Part shown: positions 1 through 10,800 of the stretch, one piece after another
Layout: the number at the start of each line of letters is the position of its first letter
Position numbering within the stretch: the first letter of the stretch is position 1
From: an uncultured Actinomycetota bacterium
GTDB taxonomy: Bacteria; Actinomycetota; Actinomycetes; Propionibacteriales; Nocardioidaceae
DNA: 32,000 bases
Assembly: GCA_963811365.1 (NCBI GenBank)
Contig: CAWEQW010000012.1
Coordinates: forward strand, 12,577-44,576
Direction of reading: 5' to 3'
The notes under the pieces: generated by a model
Databases searched by the model: none
What the model was told of the DNA's origin: nothing
Seen by the model: only the letters and a program-made list of their open reading frames with translations
Position numbers and translations under genes: made by a program

Positions 1-1068
1 ATGACAACAGCAGCAACACAGATCGACACGTCAGCGGTCGAGGAGTTCCTCGACCAGGCGGTCACCGATGCCGCAGCCGCGGTGAGCGTCCTGCTCAGCC
101 ATCTCGGCGACCGGCTCGGCCTGTACCGGGCGATGGCCGACGGCAACCCGATCACCGCGGACGAGCTCGCGTCGCGGACCGACACCCACCCGCGCCTGGT
201 GCGGGAGTGGCTGAACAACCAGACAGCAGGCGGGTACGTCGGCCACGAGCCACAGGCCGACACCTTCCAATTGCCCGCCGAGCACGCCGTCGCCCTCGCC
301 CACGAGTCCAGCCCGGCGATGGTGCAGGGCCTGTTCGACCTGGTCGCAGCCGTCTACCAGAGCATCGACAAGGAGATCGACGCCTTCCGCACCGGCACCG
401 GGCTGGCCTGGGCCGACCACCACCCCTCGCTCTTCCACGCCACCGAGCGGGCGTTCCGGCCCGGATACCAAGCGCATCTGGTTCAGGAGTGGATCCCGGC
501 GTTCGAGGGTCTGCACGAGAAGCTGACCGCCGGTGCGCGGGTCGCGGACGTGGGTTGTGGGCACGGGGCGTCTACGGTATTGCTCGCGTCGGCGTACCCG
601 AACTCGACCTTCGTCGGCTACGACTACCACCCCCCGTCGCTCGAGATGGCCCGGGCCGCGGCAGAGGAGGCCGGCGTCGTGGAGCGGGTGGAGTTCCGGC
701 TGGGGGACGCGACCAGCGTCACCGGGCCCTTCGACCTGGTCACCTTCTTCGACTGCTGGCACGACACCGCCGACCCGCTCGGCGTGGCGAAGGCGGCCTG
801 GCAGGCACTGACCGAGGGCGGCCGGGTGCTTCTCGCGGAGCCGTCCGCCGGCGACCGTCTGGAGGACAACGTCAACCCGCTCGGACGGTTCGGCTACGGA
901 ATCTCCACACTGGTGTGCGCGCCATGCTCGATCAGCGACGGCGGTCCCGGACTCGGCGCCCAGGCAGGCGAAGCACGGACCCGCGACATGTTCACCGAGG
1001 CAGGCTTCGGCACCTTCCGCCGAGCTGCGGAGACGCCGCTGAACATCATCTACGAGGCACGACCGTAG
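1..1068 (+). CDS. Class I SAM-dependent methyltransferase (355 aa)
   Basis: Complete ORF, ATG at 1 to TAG at 1066-1068. SAM-binding motif I VADVGCGHGAS, then FVGYDYH and LGDA...FDLVTFFDCWHD. Helical N-terminal region typical of small-molecule methyltransferases. Overlapping ORFs in other frames are Arg/Pro-rich GC artefacts. Confidence 0.85.
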   Translation: MTTAATQIDTSAVEEFLDQAVTDAAAAVSVLLSHLGDRLGLYRAMADGNPITADELASRTDTHPRLVREWLNNQTAGGYVGHEPQADTFQLPAEHAVALAHESSPAMVQGLFDLVAAVYQSIDKEIDAFRTGTGLAWADHHPSLFHATERAFRPGYQAHLVQEWIPAFEGLHEKLTAGARVADVGCGHGASTVLLASAYPNSTFVGYDYHPPSLEMARAAAEEAGVVERVEFRLGDATSVTGPFDLVTFFDCWHDTADPLGVAKAAWQALTEGGRVLLAEPSAGDRLEDNVNPLGRFGYGISTLVCAPCSISDGGPGLGAQAGEARTRDMFTEAGFGTFRRAAETPLNIIYEARP

Positions 1069-1386
1069 ACGCAGCCCGGCCATGGTGTCCTTCGCTGCCG
1101 CGGTCCTTGCTGCGGCCCGGGGCCGGACGTCATGATCCTGACCTGGATTGGCTGCTTGATCGCCAAGAACCAGGGTCTCCAACCTGGTCCTGGTCGCAAC
1201 GACTACCTTGGGAACGCGGCCACGCAGGTCGCGGATCGTCGCGTGGGTGGAACGTGGTGAGCCCCGGTCGTCCGCGAGCACGGGCGGCGCCGGATCTGGA
1301 TGTCGCCAGGCGTCCCATGAGGCCGGATCCACCGATGAGGGTACTCACGGGCCCGGACGCACAGCTGGGTCAGGCGGAGAGACAGG

Positions 1387-3072
1387 TCACGCCAGCTCGT
1401 GCTCGAAGGCGTACGCCGCGGCCGCGGTCCTCGAGCCGACCTCCAGCTTGGCGAAGATGTTGCTCAAGTGCCGCGCGACGGTCTTCTCGCTGAGCACGAG
1501 TTCGGCGGCGATCCTCGCGTTGCTCTGTCCGGTTGCGACCAGGCGCAGCACCTCCGCCTCGCGCGGGGTCAGGCCACCCGGCAGGTCGGTGGACCGCCCG
1601 GTGGGTCCCGGCTGCGCAAGGGTCGTGGGGACGCCCAGGTCGGCGAACACCCGGCGGGCGGCGGCCAGCTCCGTGTCGGCCGAGACCTCGTCGCCGAGCG
1701 CCGCCATCGCGCGACTCACCTGGACCCGGACCCGGGCGACCTCGTACGGTGCCTCGAGACCGCGCCACAAGCTCGAAGCCTTGCGGAGGTAGGGCAGTGC
1801 GCCGGAGGCGTCACCTGTTTCGAGCTCGAGGCAGCCCGAGGTGTACGCCGCCATCGCCTGCAAGCCGGCGCAATCGAAGTCCGCGGCGATCTGTTCGAGC
1901 TCGGCGGCGGCCGGCCTGGCGTCGTCGAGCGCACCGCATGCCAGCAGGATCTCCACCACACCAGGAAGTACCCGCGACCGGGCCACCGGACCGCCCGTCT
2001 CGGCCAGCAGCCGCCGGGCCGCACCCAGGGCAGCAGCTCCGCGATCCGTGGCGAGCCAGAGCAGGGCGAGCCCTGGCTGCGGTTCGTAGCCGTGGTCGAA
2101 GGCTGCCTCATAGCTGGCCTCGGCGGCGTCCATGTCGCCGAGGATCCGATGCGCGTCGCCCTTCTCCGCGCTGGCAAGGCCGGCTGCGGCCGGAGCCGGT
2201 GACGCCAGGTAGCGACGTACGGCGTTCTCGAACTCCTCGACCGCCTCCGCGAAAGCGCCGCGCAGTCTCATGATCTGCCCTCGATGGACGGCGGCCTGTC
2301 CCGTGAACGCGACCAGTCCCGGCTGGGCGGCGCACCATCGGGTCAGCGCCGTGGTCCACTCGGCGGCGCGGCCGAGGTCGGAGATCTCCTGGCAGCCCTC
2401 GATCATCACGCAGTAGACGTGGCCGGCGAAGACCGGCGAGACGTCACCGCTGGCAACCGCGACCATCGCCTCGTCGAACAGAGCCAGGCCCTCGGGGACC
2501 CGTCCGGAGTAGAGCGTCAGCCGGCCCTCGGCGGAGAGTCCCATGGCGAGGAGGTCGGGATCGGCGAACCGTCGGCCGTACTCGGTGACCGACGACGCGA
2601 GCTCGAACGCGGCTGCGAAGTCCTGTGCGTCGATGTGCCGGTACATCTGCAGGAACCGGACGTAGCCGCGTTCGACCACGTCCTCGCCGATCTCCTCGAT
2701 CAGCCGGTCGGCGCGCGCGGTCCATCCAGCGGCCAGCGACAAGTCGCCGGCGGTGGCGAACTCCATGCTCATCCAGAAGGCGCATCGTGCCGCGGCCGCG
2801 AGCTCCCCGCGGTCGACGTACACCCGGAATGCTTGCTGGATGGCGGCGATGCACTCCTCGTGCCTGCCGAGCAGGTACGCCGCCGTGGCCAGGCCGTGCA
2901 GGTCATCGGCGGTGAGTGCGTCCACGTCGACGTCGGACCACGCCCCGAACGCGGAGACCCAGTCGCCGCCCTCGAAGGTCTCCCGCGCCTGCCTCAGGTC
3001 ATCGAGCACGCCCACGCCGCGAACCTCCTCCTCGGAGGATAGGGCCGATTCGAGGTGGCGTGACCTTGTCAT
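1387..3072 (-). CDS. LuxR-family transcriptional regulator, TPR-like sensor region plus C-terminal HTH (about 561 aa)
   Basis: C-terminal LuxR/Ger[66 protein letters not shown] long helical-repeat region lies upstream. I place the start at the ATG at 3072-3070 (MTRSRHLES...) rather than the ORF-track start at 3255, because that ATG overlaps the upstream gene's TGA as ATGA (3069-3072). Confidence 0.85.
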   Translation of the reverse strand: MTRSRHLESALSSEEEVRGVGVLDDLRQARETFEGGDWVSAFGAWSDVDVDALTADDLHGLATAAYLLGRHEECIAAIQQAFRVYVDRGELAAAARCAFWMSMEFATAGDLSLAAGWTARADRLIEEIGEDVVERGYVRFLQMYRHIDAQDFAAAFELASSVTEYGRRFADPDLLAMGLSAEGRLTLYSGRVPEGLALFDEAMVAVASGDVSPVFAGHVYCVMIEGCQEISDLGRAAEWTTALTRWCAAQPGLVAFTGQAAVHRGQIMRLRGAFAEAVEEFENAVRRYLASPAPAAAGLASAEKGDAHRILGDMDAAEASYEAAFDHGYEPQPGLALLWLATDRGAAALGAARRLLAETGGPVARSRVLPGVVEILLACGALDDARPAAAELEQIAADFDCAGLQAMAAYTSGCLELETGDASGALPYLRKASSLWRGLEAPYEVARVRVQVSRAMAALGDEVSADTELAAARRVFADLGVPTTLAQPGPTGRSTDLPGGLTPREAEVLRLVATGQSNARIAAELVLSEKTVARHLSNIFAKLEVGSRTAAAAYAFEHELA

Positions 3073-4175
3073 GCCGCGGTCGGCTGCTTCGCGGGCCCGG
3101 TGCGACGGACGCGGTCGGCGATCCTGCCGGCGACGAACGCCGCGTCCCGCCCGACCCCCGGCAGAACCATCGAGCTGAACCCGAACTGGAAGGACAGACC
3201 ACAGAAGAAGAGGCCCGGGGCAGCCTTGACGACGCCTCGGTACTCCACCGGCCATCCGTCATCACCGATGACCGGGAGCTGGATCCAGTCGAAGACCTGC
3301 CGGAATCCCGTCGCCCACACCACGTTGGCAACGTCGTACGCCGTACCGTCGATCACCGGTCGCCCGTCAGCGACACCGGTCACCCGCTCCGTGATCCGCT
3401 CGACACCGCGGGCCGCGAGGTCGGCCCGCTTCACCCGCAGCATCGGGCCGCCGTGGAAGCGGATGGCCTGCATCTCCTTGCGGCCGATCGGCGTGCGTCG
3501 CGTGATGACGTGCTTCCAGGCGAAGACGAGCAGCGGGAACACCACGCGGGCCTGCCGAGACTCGATCCGGACCGGGATCTGCCCGCAGTCGCGGCCGGCC
3601 AGGATCGTGGGGTGTGTCTGGGCGGCTTCGTAGGCGATGTCGGTGCCCGAGTGGGACCCGCCGACCACCAGGACCGGGCCGTCGCGAAGCTGGCCGGGCC
3701 TGCGGTACTCACTCGAGTGGAGCCGCAGGATCGAGGGGTCGAGGTCGTCGGCGAACTCGGGGATGTTCGGCGTCCGGCCGAACGTCCCGGAGCACACCAC
3801 CACGTTCTGGCAACGGAAGGTGCCCTGGTTCGTGGTGACGACGTAACCGCCGTTGCCGTCGCCGTCCAGTCTCTCGACTCGGTTGTGGAAGCGGATCGGC
3901 AGCTTGAAGTGGTCGGCGTACTGCTCGAGGTAGTCGGCCACGTGGTCCTTGCCCGGGAACGACCATGGCTCGCCCGGGAACGGCAGGCCCGGGAGGCTGT
4001 CGTACTTCGTGGGGGAGTAGAGCCTCAGGGTGTCCCACTGCTGGCGCCACTGGTCGCCGACCCTGCTCGCGCCGTCGAGGATGACGAACGGTCGGTCCCG
4101 TCGAAGCAGGTGGTAGCCGGTCGACAGCCCGGCCTGGCCGGCGCCGATGATCACGGTTTCGATCGTGGTGTCCAT
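3069..4175 (-). CDS. FAD/NAD(P)-binding flavin-containing monooxygenase-like oxidoreductase (368 aa)
   Basis: N-terminal dinucleotide motif [13 protein letters not shown], second GxGxx[15 protein letters not shown] and a late ATGF motif (VVWATGFRQ). This layout is typical of class B flavoprotein monooxygenase / CzcO-like proteins. Its stop overlaps the LuxR start (ATGA). Confidence 0.85.
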   Translation of the reverse strand: MDTTIETVIIGAGQAGLSTGYHLLRRDRPFVILDGASRVGDQWRQQWDTLRLYSPTKYDSLPGLPFPGEPWSFPGKDHVADYLEQYADHFKLPIRFHNRVERLDGDGNGGYVVTTNQGTFRCQNVVVCSGTFGRTPNIPEFADDLDPSILRLHSSEYRRPGQLRDGPVLVVGGSHSGTDIAYEAAQTHPTILAGRDCGQIPVRIESRQARVVFPLLVFAWKHVITRRTPIGRKEMQAIRFHGGPMLRVKRADLAARGVERITERVTGVADGRPVIDGTAYDVANVVWATGFRQVFDWIQLPVIGDDGWPVEYRGVVKAAPGLFFCGLSFQFGFSSMVLPGVGRDAAFVAGRIADRVRRTGPAKQPTAA

Positions 4176-4868
4176 GAAGTCCTCGCATGTCCTGGCCGGG
4201 CAGGTCCCGGGTGAGGCTCACGCTAGGAATCGCGAGCCCCCGGCCGCGTCGGGCGGACCACGCATCCTTCGGGCTGGGGCGTGGGTGGGAATACCCATCT
4301 CAGTCGGGCAGATGCCGACGCCGATGCCGATCACGAGCGACCCGTCGTCGTGCGCCGCATACAGCGCGACCTCACTCCTATCCACCTGACGCGGGCGACG
4401 TGGCAGCCGACAACGCGGCGACTATGCGCGCCCCGATCGATGCGCACCGCGGCGCAGAGGTCGAGTCGACCGTCACAACTGACAACGCTTGCTGGAGAAT
4501 CGGGCCGAGGTGAGCCCCCTCCGTGGACCCTCCCCATTGACATTCCTCGAGCCGCCGAGGATGGTGCCGAGGGAAGGCCTACGGTACGGGGAGTTACGGG
4601 GATGCCAGGTCATTCCACGCAGACTTACGCGGCACACCGCGTCGCCGCTCCTTCGTTGCGAGGCAACCTCGTCGACTGCCTCAGTCGGATCCGCCCCTCA
4701 CCCGCAGCGGCAGCCGCAGCTTGGCGACGGCCTGTCACAACGGCGAGTCGGACCGACGTGCTCCGGCATGGCCGACATTGCCTCAGCGGAGCACGGCGCA
4801 GGGGTCCACCTGTCGGGAGGGATCATCGGCATCCCCACCTCATCCTCACGCAAAGGTTCGAGTGAGCG

Positions 4869-7800
4869 ATGGAGGACAGTTTCGGTTTCTCGCGGCGCGA
4901 GACCGACCGGGCGGCGTCCACGGGTCTGGGCGAGTCGACGAGACCTCTGGGCCAAACATCCGGGCAGCTCGCCGGCCCGTTGGGGACCCCTGGGCGGTAC
5001 GGCGCCACCGCCGGCTCGTCCCCGTTCGCCGAGAGTGCGCCGCCGTTCCAGGCTCCCGCATTGGAACTGCCGCGCGGCGGTGGTGCGGTCCGCGGGCTGG
5101 CCGAGGCGTTCGCCGCGGGAGCCAGCGGCAGCGCCGGGCTGACCGTGCCGCTCGGGCACCCCCCTGGCCGCCACGGCTTCGGGCCCCAGCTCGCCCTCGG
5201 CTACTCCTCCGGGGGCGGCAACGGGGCGTTCGGCCTCGGCTGGGGGCTCGGCCTGGGCGGCATCAGCCTGCGCACGGAGCAGGGCGTGCCGCGCTACGAC
5301 GGCGACGACGAGGTGCTCCTTGGTGCGGAGTGCCTGGTACGCATCCGCGACGGCGCGGGCGAGGTGGTCACGGAGCCTCGCACGGTGCACGGGGTCGAGT
5401 ACGAGATCACCGGCTTCCGGCCGAGGGTCGAGCGCGCTCACGATCGCATGGAGCGGTGGAGCAACGTCGGCGACCCCGGCGATGTCCGGTGGCGGGTGAT
5501 AAGCGGCGGCAACGTCACCACCTGGTACGGCGCCGGACCCGACAGCCGCATCGCCGACCCGGCCGACCCGACCCGGACCGCCGGCTGGCTGCCGTGCCTG
5601 GCCCACGACGACCGCGGCAACGCGATCCGCTACGGCTACCGCGACGAGGACTCCGTCGGCGTCGCGGTCGACGCACCCCACGAGGCCACCCGTACCGACG
5701 TGAGCCGCTCGGCCCACCGCTACCTGTCCGTCGTCAGCTACGGCAACCGGACGCCGTACCGCCCCGCGCTCACCGAGGCCGGCGCGCCGACGCCGGAGCC
5801 GACGGACTGGCTCTTCCACCTGGTCGTCGACTACGGCGACCACGACGACACGACACCGGGCCTTGACCCCGACCAGGACTGGCCGGTCCGCCCGGACCCC
5901 TGGTCCTCGCACCGCACCGGGTTCGAGGTCCGCATGTACCGCCGGTGTCGGCGGGTCCTGGTCTTCCACGCCTTCCCCGAGCTCGGCCCGGCTCCGACCC
6001 TGGTGTCGAGCACCGAGCTCGGCTACGGGACCACCCAGCACGACCTCTCGCTGCTCACCTCCGTCACCCGCACCGGGCACGGTCCCGACGCCGCGACAGC
6101 GACGCTGCCGTCACTGACCCTCACCTACTCGGCCTGGCAGCCCGCCACGGAGGCCAGGAAGGTCGAGCTGGGCGAGCTGGCCGGGGCACCGATCGGCCTG
6201 GACGGCATCCGGTACGAATGGGTGGATCTCGAAGGGGACGGGGCGCCAGGCATCTGTCTGCGCACCCCCGACCAGGGGTGGTACTTCAAGCGCAACCTTG
6301 GCCCGCTGAGCCTCGTCGAGGACGACGGCCCGCGCGCCCGGTTCGGGCCGCCCGAGCTGCTCCCGGACCTCCCGGCGGCGGTGCCGACGGGCGGCCCGGG
6401 CACGGTTCCGAGCCTGTGGGCCGGGTTCGTCGACGTCGACGGCGACGGTCGCTGCGACCTCCTGGTCCCCACCGGGCCGCTGGCCGGCGTGGCCCGCCGG
6501 GTCGGGTCGACGTGGCAGCCGTTGACGCCCTTCCCCGGCGCCGCCGTGGCGGGCCTGCCCCAGCCCGGCGACACCCGGCCGAGCCCGGTCATGCTCGCCG
6601 ACCTCACCGGTGACGGACGAGCCGACCTGCTCGTCACCGACGGCCTGGCACCCCGCTGGTACCAGGGCCTCGGCCTCGACGGCTTCGCCGCTGCGCAGCC
6701 GGTGCAGCTCGCCGCCGCGGGGCTCAACGAGCCGATGCTGCTGCTGGCCGACGCGGACCGGGCCATCGTGCTCGCCGACCTCGACGGCGACGGGCTCGTC
6801 GACCTGGTCGAGATCAGCCGCACGTCGGTGCGCTACCGGCCCAGCCTGGGCCACGGCCGGTTCGGACCGCCGGTCGTCACCGACGACGCACCGGTCCTCG
6901 ACACCCTCGAGGGGTTCGACCCGCGCCGCGTCCTGCTCGCCGACGTCGACGGCGACGGCCGGACCGACCTGGTCTACCTGGCCGGTGACGGCGCGTCCTG
7001 CTACCTCAACCGCAGCGGCAACGGCTGGACGCCCGCCGTACCGCTGAGCGGCGCACCCGGCACCGACCGCCTGACCCAGGCCGGTCTCGTCGACCTCTTC
7101 GGATCGGGCACCGCCGCGTTGGTGTGGTCGACCCCGGCACCTCAGCCCGACGACCACCCGATGCGATCGCTCGACCTCGCGGCCGCAGGCAAGCCCTACC
7201 TCCTGCGGGGCTACGACAACGGGATGGGGGTCTCGGTCGAGCTCGACTACCTGCCCTCGACGGTCTTCGGGCTGGCCGATGACCTGGCGGGAGAGCCGTG
7301 GGCGACCCGGCTCCCGGTACCGGTCCACTGCCTGGTCCGGACCACCACCACGGACGGCCCGCGCGGTACCTCGCTCACCTCCCGGATGAGCTACCACCTC
7401 GGCCACTACGACGGAACCGAGCGACAGTTCATGGGCTTCGGCCGGGTCGAGCAGCGAGACACCGAGGAGCACCTCGACGCTCCGGGGGACCTGCCGCCGG
7501 TGCTGGTCCGGCGCTGGTTCCACACCGGTGCCGGACCGGTGACGGGCGTCGGGACCGGTCCGGCGGTCCTGCACGTCGACCGAGCGCAGTACGCCGACGT
7601 GGACGGGCCGGTGCTGCCCGAACCGGACCTGCCCGCCGACCTCGACGCCGAGGAGCTACGGCATGCGGTGCGCGCCTTCGCGGGCACCGAGCTGCGCTCC
7701 GAGACCTACGCCGAGGACGGCACCGACCTGGCAGGCGTGCCGTACCTCGTCCTCGAGCGCACCGTCGACCTGCGCCTGCTCCAGCACTCGGCAACCCTCG

Positions 7801-10800
7801 GCTCGACCGGCCCGCTGGACGCCGGTCCGCCCCGGCTCGAGCCACCCGTCTTCCAAGTGCTGCCGGCCGGGGAGGTGGCCTACGCGAGCGAGCGCGACCC
7901 CGACGACCCCCGCGTCAGCCAGCACGTGGTCCTCGACCTGGACGACCTCGGCTGCGTGACCCGGTCGGCCACGATCGCCCATCCCCGGCGGATCGCCGAC
8001 CCGACGCTGCCCGCCGAGGCGGTGGCGGCCCAGCAGCTGGGTCGCGTCGTCTGCCAGACGGCGGAGTACACCGACGACCTACTCGGGCCGGACGTCCACC
8101 GGCTCCGGGCGACGTTCCGGACGCAGGGACACGAGCTCACCGGCCTGCCGATCACCGCCGGGGTGGCGGTGACGGCCGACGATCTCCGCGACGCGCTCGC
8201 GGCGGCCACCGACGACGACCCGGACGCCTTCGGCCTCGACCCGCCACCCGCGGGGCTGCGGCGCCGGCTGCTCGCGCGGTCCGAGGCCAGGTTCCTCGAC
8301 GACCCCCTGGCCGCCGCCCGCCCCGTCGGCGAGCAGAGCGCGCACGGCCTGGTCGACCGGACCTACCGACTCGCCCTCACCTCCGCGATGGCGACCGCAC
8401 GGTTCGGAGCCGACGTGACCGTCGCCGACCTCGAGGACGCCGGGTACGTGCACCTGGACGCCGACGCCGACTGGTGGATCCCGTCGAGCCGGGCCGGTTA
8501 CCCCGCCGACCCCATCGCCCACTTCCTGCTCCCGGACCGGGTGGAGGACGCCCTGGGCGCGGTCACGACGATCGAACGCCGCCACGACCTGCTCGTCAGC
8601 GCGGTCGTCAACGCGCGCGGGCACCGGACCCAGGCCGACTACGACCTGCGGGTCATGCAGCCCGACCTCGTGGTCGACACCAACGGCAACCGCACGCAGG
8701 CGCGGTTCGACCCGCTCGGCAGCGTGGTCGCCGTCGCCCTGACCGGCCGGCCCGGCGCAGGGGAAGGCGACACCCTCGACGACCCGACCGTTCGGCACAG
8801 CTACGACTTCGACCGCTGGGCCGCCCTGGGCCTGCCCCCCGTCGTACGCAGCTCGGCGCGTGAGCAGTACGGCCCCGGCAACCCGCGCTTCCAGGAGACG
8901 CGGACCTTCCTCGACGGGTCCGGCGGGGTGCTGGGCATCAAGACCCAGGCCCCTCCCGGGCTGGCCGGCCACGTCGACTCGGTCACCGGCATCGTCACGC
9001 AGGTCGACACGACGCCGGCTCCTCGCTGGGTCGGCGCCGGACGCACGATTCTCGACAACAAGGGGCTGCCGATCCGCTCCTACGAGCCGTACTTCTCCGA
9101 CACCGACGAGTTCGACTCGGCCGCCGCTCTGGTCGAGGCCGGCGTGAGCGACCTGGTCACCTACGACCCCCTCGGTCGGGTGCAGCGGGTGGAGCACCCG
9201 GACGGCACCTTCTCCAGCAGCGAGCAGCACCCGTGGCGCAGCTCCGGGAACGACGCCGTCGACACCGTGCTCGACAGCACCTGGTACGCCGAGCGAGGCA
9301 GCCCCGACCCCCTGGGGCCCGAGCCCGCCGACCCTGCCGTACGCGCCGCCTGGCTGGCCGCCCGCTCGGCACGCACGCCGGGCGTCGCGCATCTCGACCC
9401 GCTGGGTCGGCCCATGCTGCAGCTGGCCGACAACGCGAACGGCGACGTGCGCGCGACCCGGGTCGACGCCGACCTCACTCTGCTGCACGCCCGCGTGGTC
9501 GACACTCGCGGCCGGACCGTCCTGCGGACCACTGCCGACCTGCTCGGCCGGGTCATGCTCACCGACGACGCCGAGCGCGGCCGCGGGGTCCTCCTGGTCG
9601 ACGTCATGGGCCGGCACCGGGTCACGGTCGACGGCGCCGGCCACCGACTGACCTGCGAGTACGACGACCTCCACCGGCCGGTGCGGATGCTCACCCGCCA
9701 GAGTGCGGGCGCTCCCGACCTCCTGGTCGAGTGGGTCAGGTACGGCGAAGACCTCCCCGACGCCGACGTCCGACGCTCGATCGGCCGCGTGGTCACGGCC
9801 TTCGACGAGTCCGGCCGGGTCGACATCGACGGCTTCGACTTCACTGGCACGCCGACGGCGCTGCACCGACGACTGGTGCCTGCGACCGCACCGACCCCCG
9901 ACTGGACGGCGGTGGCAGGCGCGGCAGACCCGGACGCCGCTGCCGAGGCACTGCTCGACGACGAGACCTGGACCGCCTCGACCGAGCAGGACGCGCTGGG
10001 ACGACCGACCCTGGTCGTGCTGCCCGACGGGACGGTGCTGCAGCCGACCTTCGACCTGGCCAACCGGCTGGCCACCCTGGACGTGCAGCCGGGTGGGTCC
10101 GGACCCACGACCCGGGTGCTGCTCGGACAGGACCACGACGCCAGCGGCCGGGTGCTGCAGCGCCGGCTCGGCAACGGCCTGGTCACCGACCTGGCCTACG
10201 ACGACCTCACCCGCCGACTCACCTCCGCCACGACGGCTGAGTCCGGCGGACCGGTCCTGCAGGGGCTCACCTTCACCCGCGACCCGCTCGGGCACGTCAC
10301 CCAGATCGCCGACAGCGCCCAGCAGACCCGGTTCTTCGACAACGCGGTCGTGACCGCCGACCGGGTCTTCGAGTACGACGCGCTCTACCAGCTCGTCGCC
10401 GCCGAGGGCCGCGAGCTCGCGGCGCTCACGATGCCCGACGGCCAGGACGCACCGGTACGCCCGCTCCCGCACGCGAACGACCTCCAGGCGGTGCGCCGCT
10501 ACCGCGAGGAGTACACCTACGACGACCTCGGCAACATCTCCGACCTGCGGCACGTGGCGGGCGCCGGGGGCTGGCATCGCGGCTACCGCTACGCCTATGA
10601 GCTCGACCCGGCCGACCGCACCAACCGGCTCGTCGCCACCAGCGCGCCCGGTGACCCGGACGGTGTGCTGTCCGCCGTCCTCGGATACGACAGCCTCGGC
10701 AACCTCACCTCGCTACCCCAGCTCGCCTCGCTCGATTGGGACGTGCTCGGCCGGCTGGCCGGCGTCGATCTCGGAGGTGGCGGCAGCAGCCGCTACGCCT

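Noticed and set aside
4281-4390. Minus-strand peptide EVALYAAHDDGSLVIGIGVGICPTEMGIP, possibly a regulator gene remnant in the 693-nt spacer
   Set aside because: It is short, has no start codon, and the flanking translation is Arg/Pro-rich. I cannot assign a family, so it may be coincidental.
4537-4565. TTGACA-N17-GATGGT as the promoter of the toxin operon
   Set aside because: The -35 hexamer is perfect but the -10 candidate matches only 3 of 6 positions and lacks the leading T. The site is about 300 nt from the ATG, and such hexamers occur by chance. There is not enough support to annotate it.
4758-4794. 8-bp perfect inverted repeat (gtgctccg ... cggagcac, 21-nt loop) in the leader of the BC fusion gene
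   Set aside because: Stems of this length are common by chance in GC-rich DNA. There is no U-tract and no conservation information.
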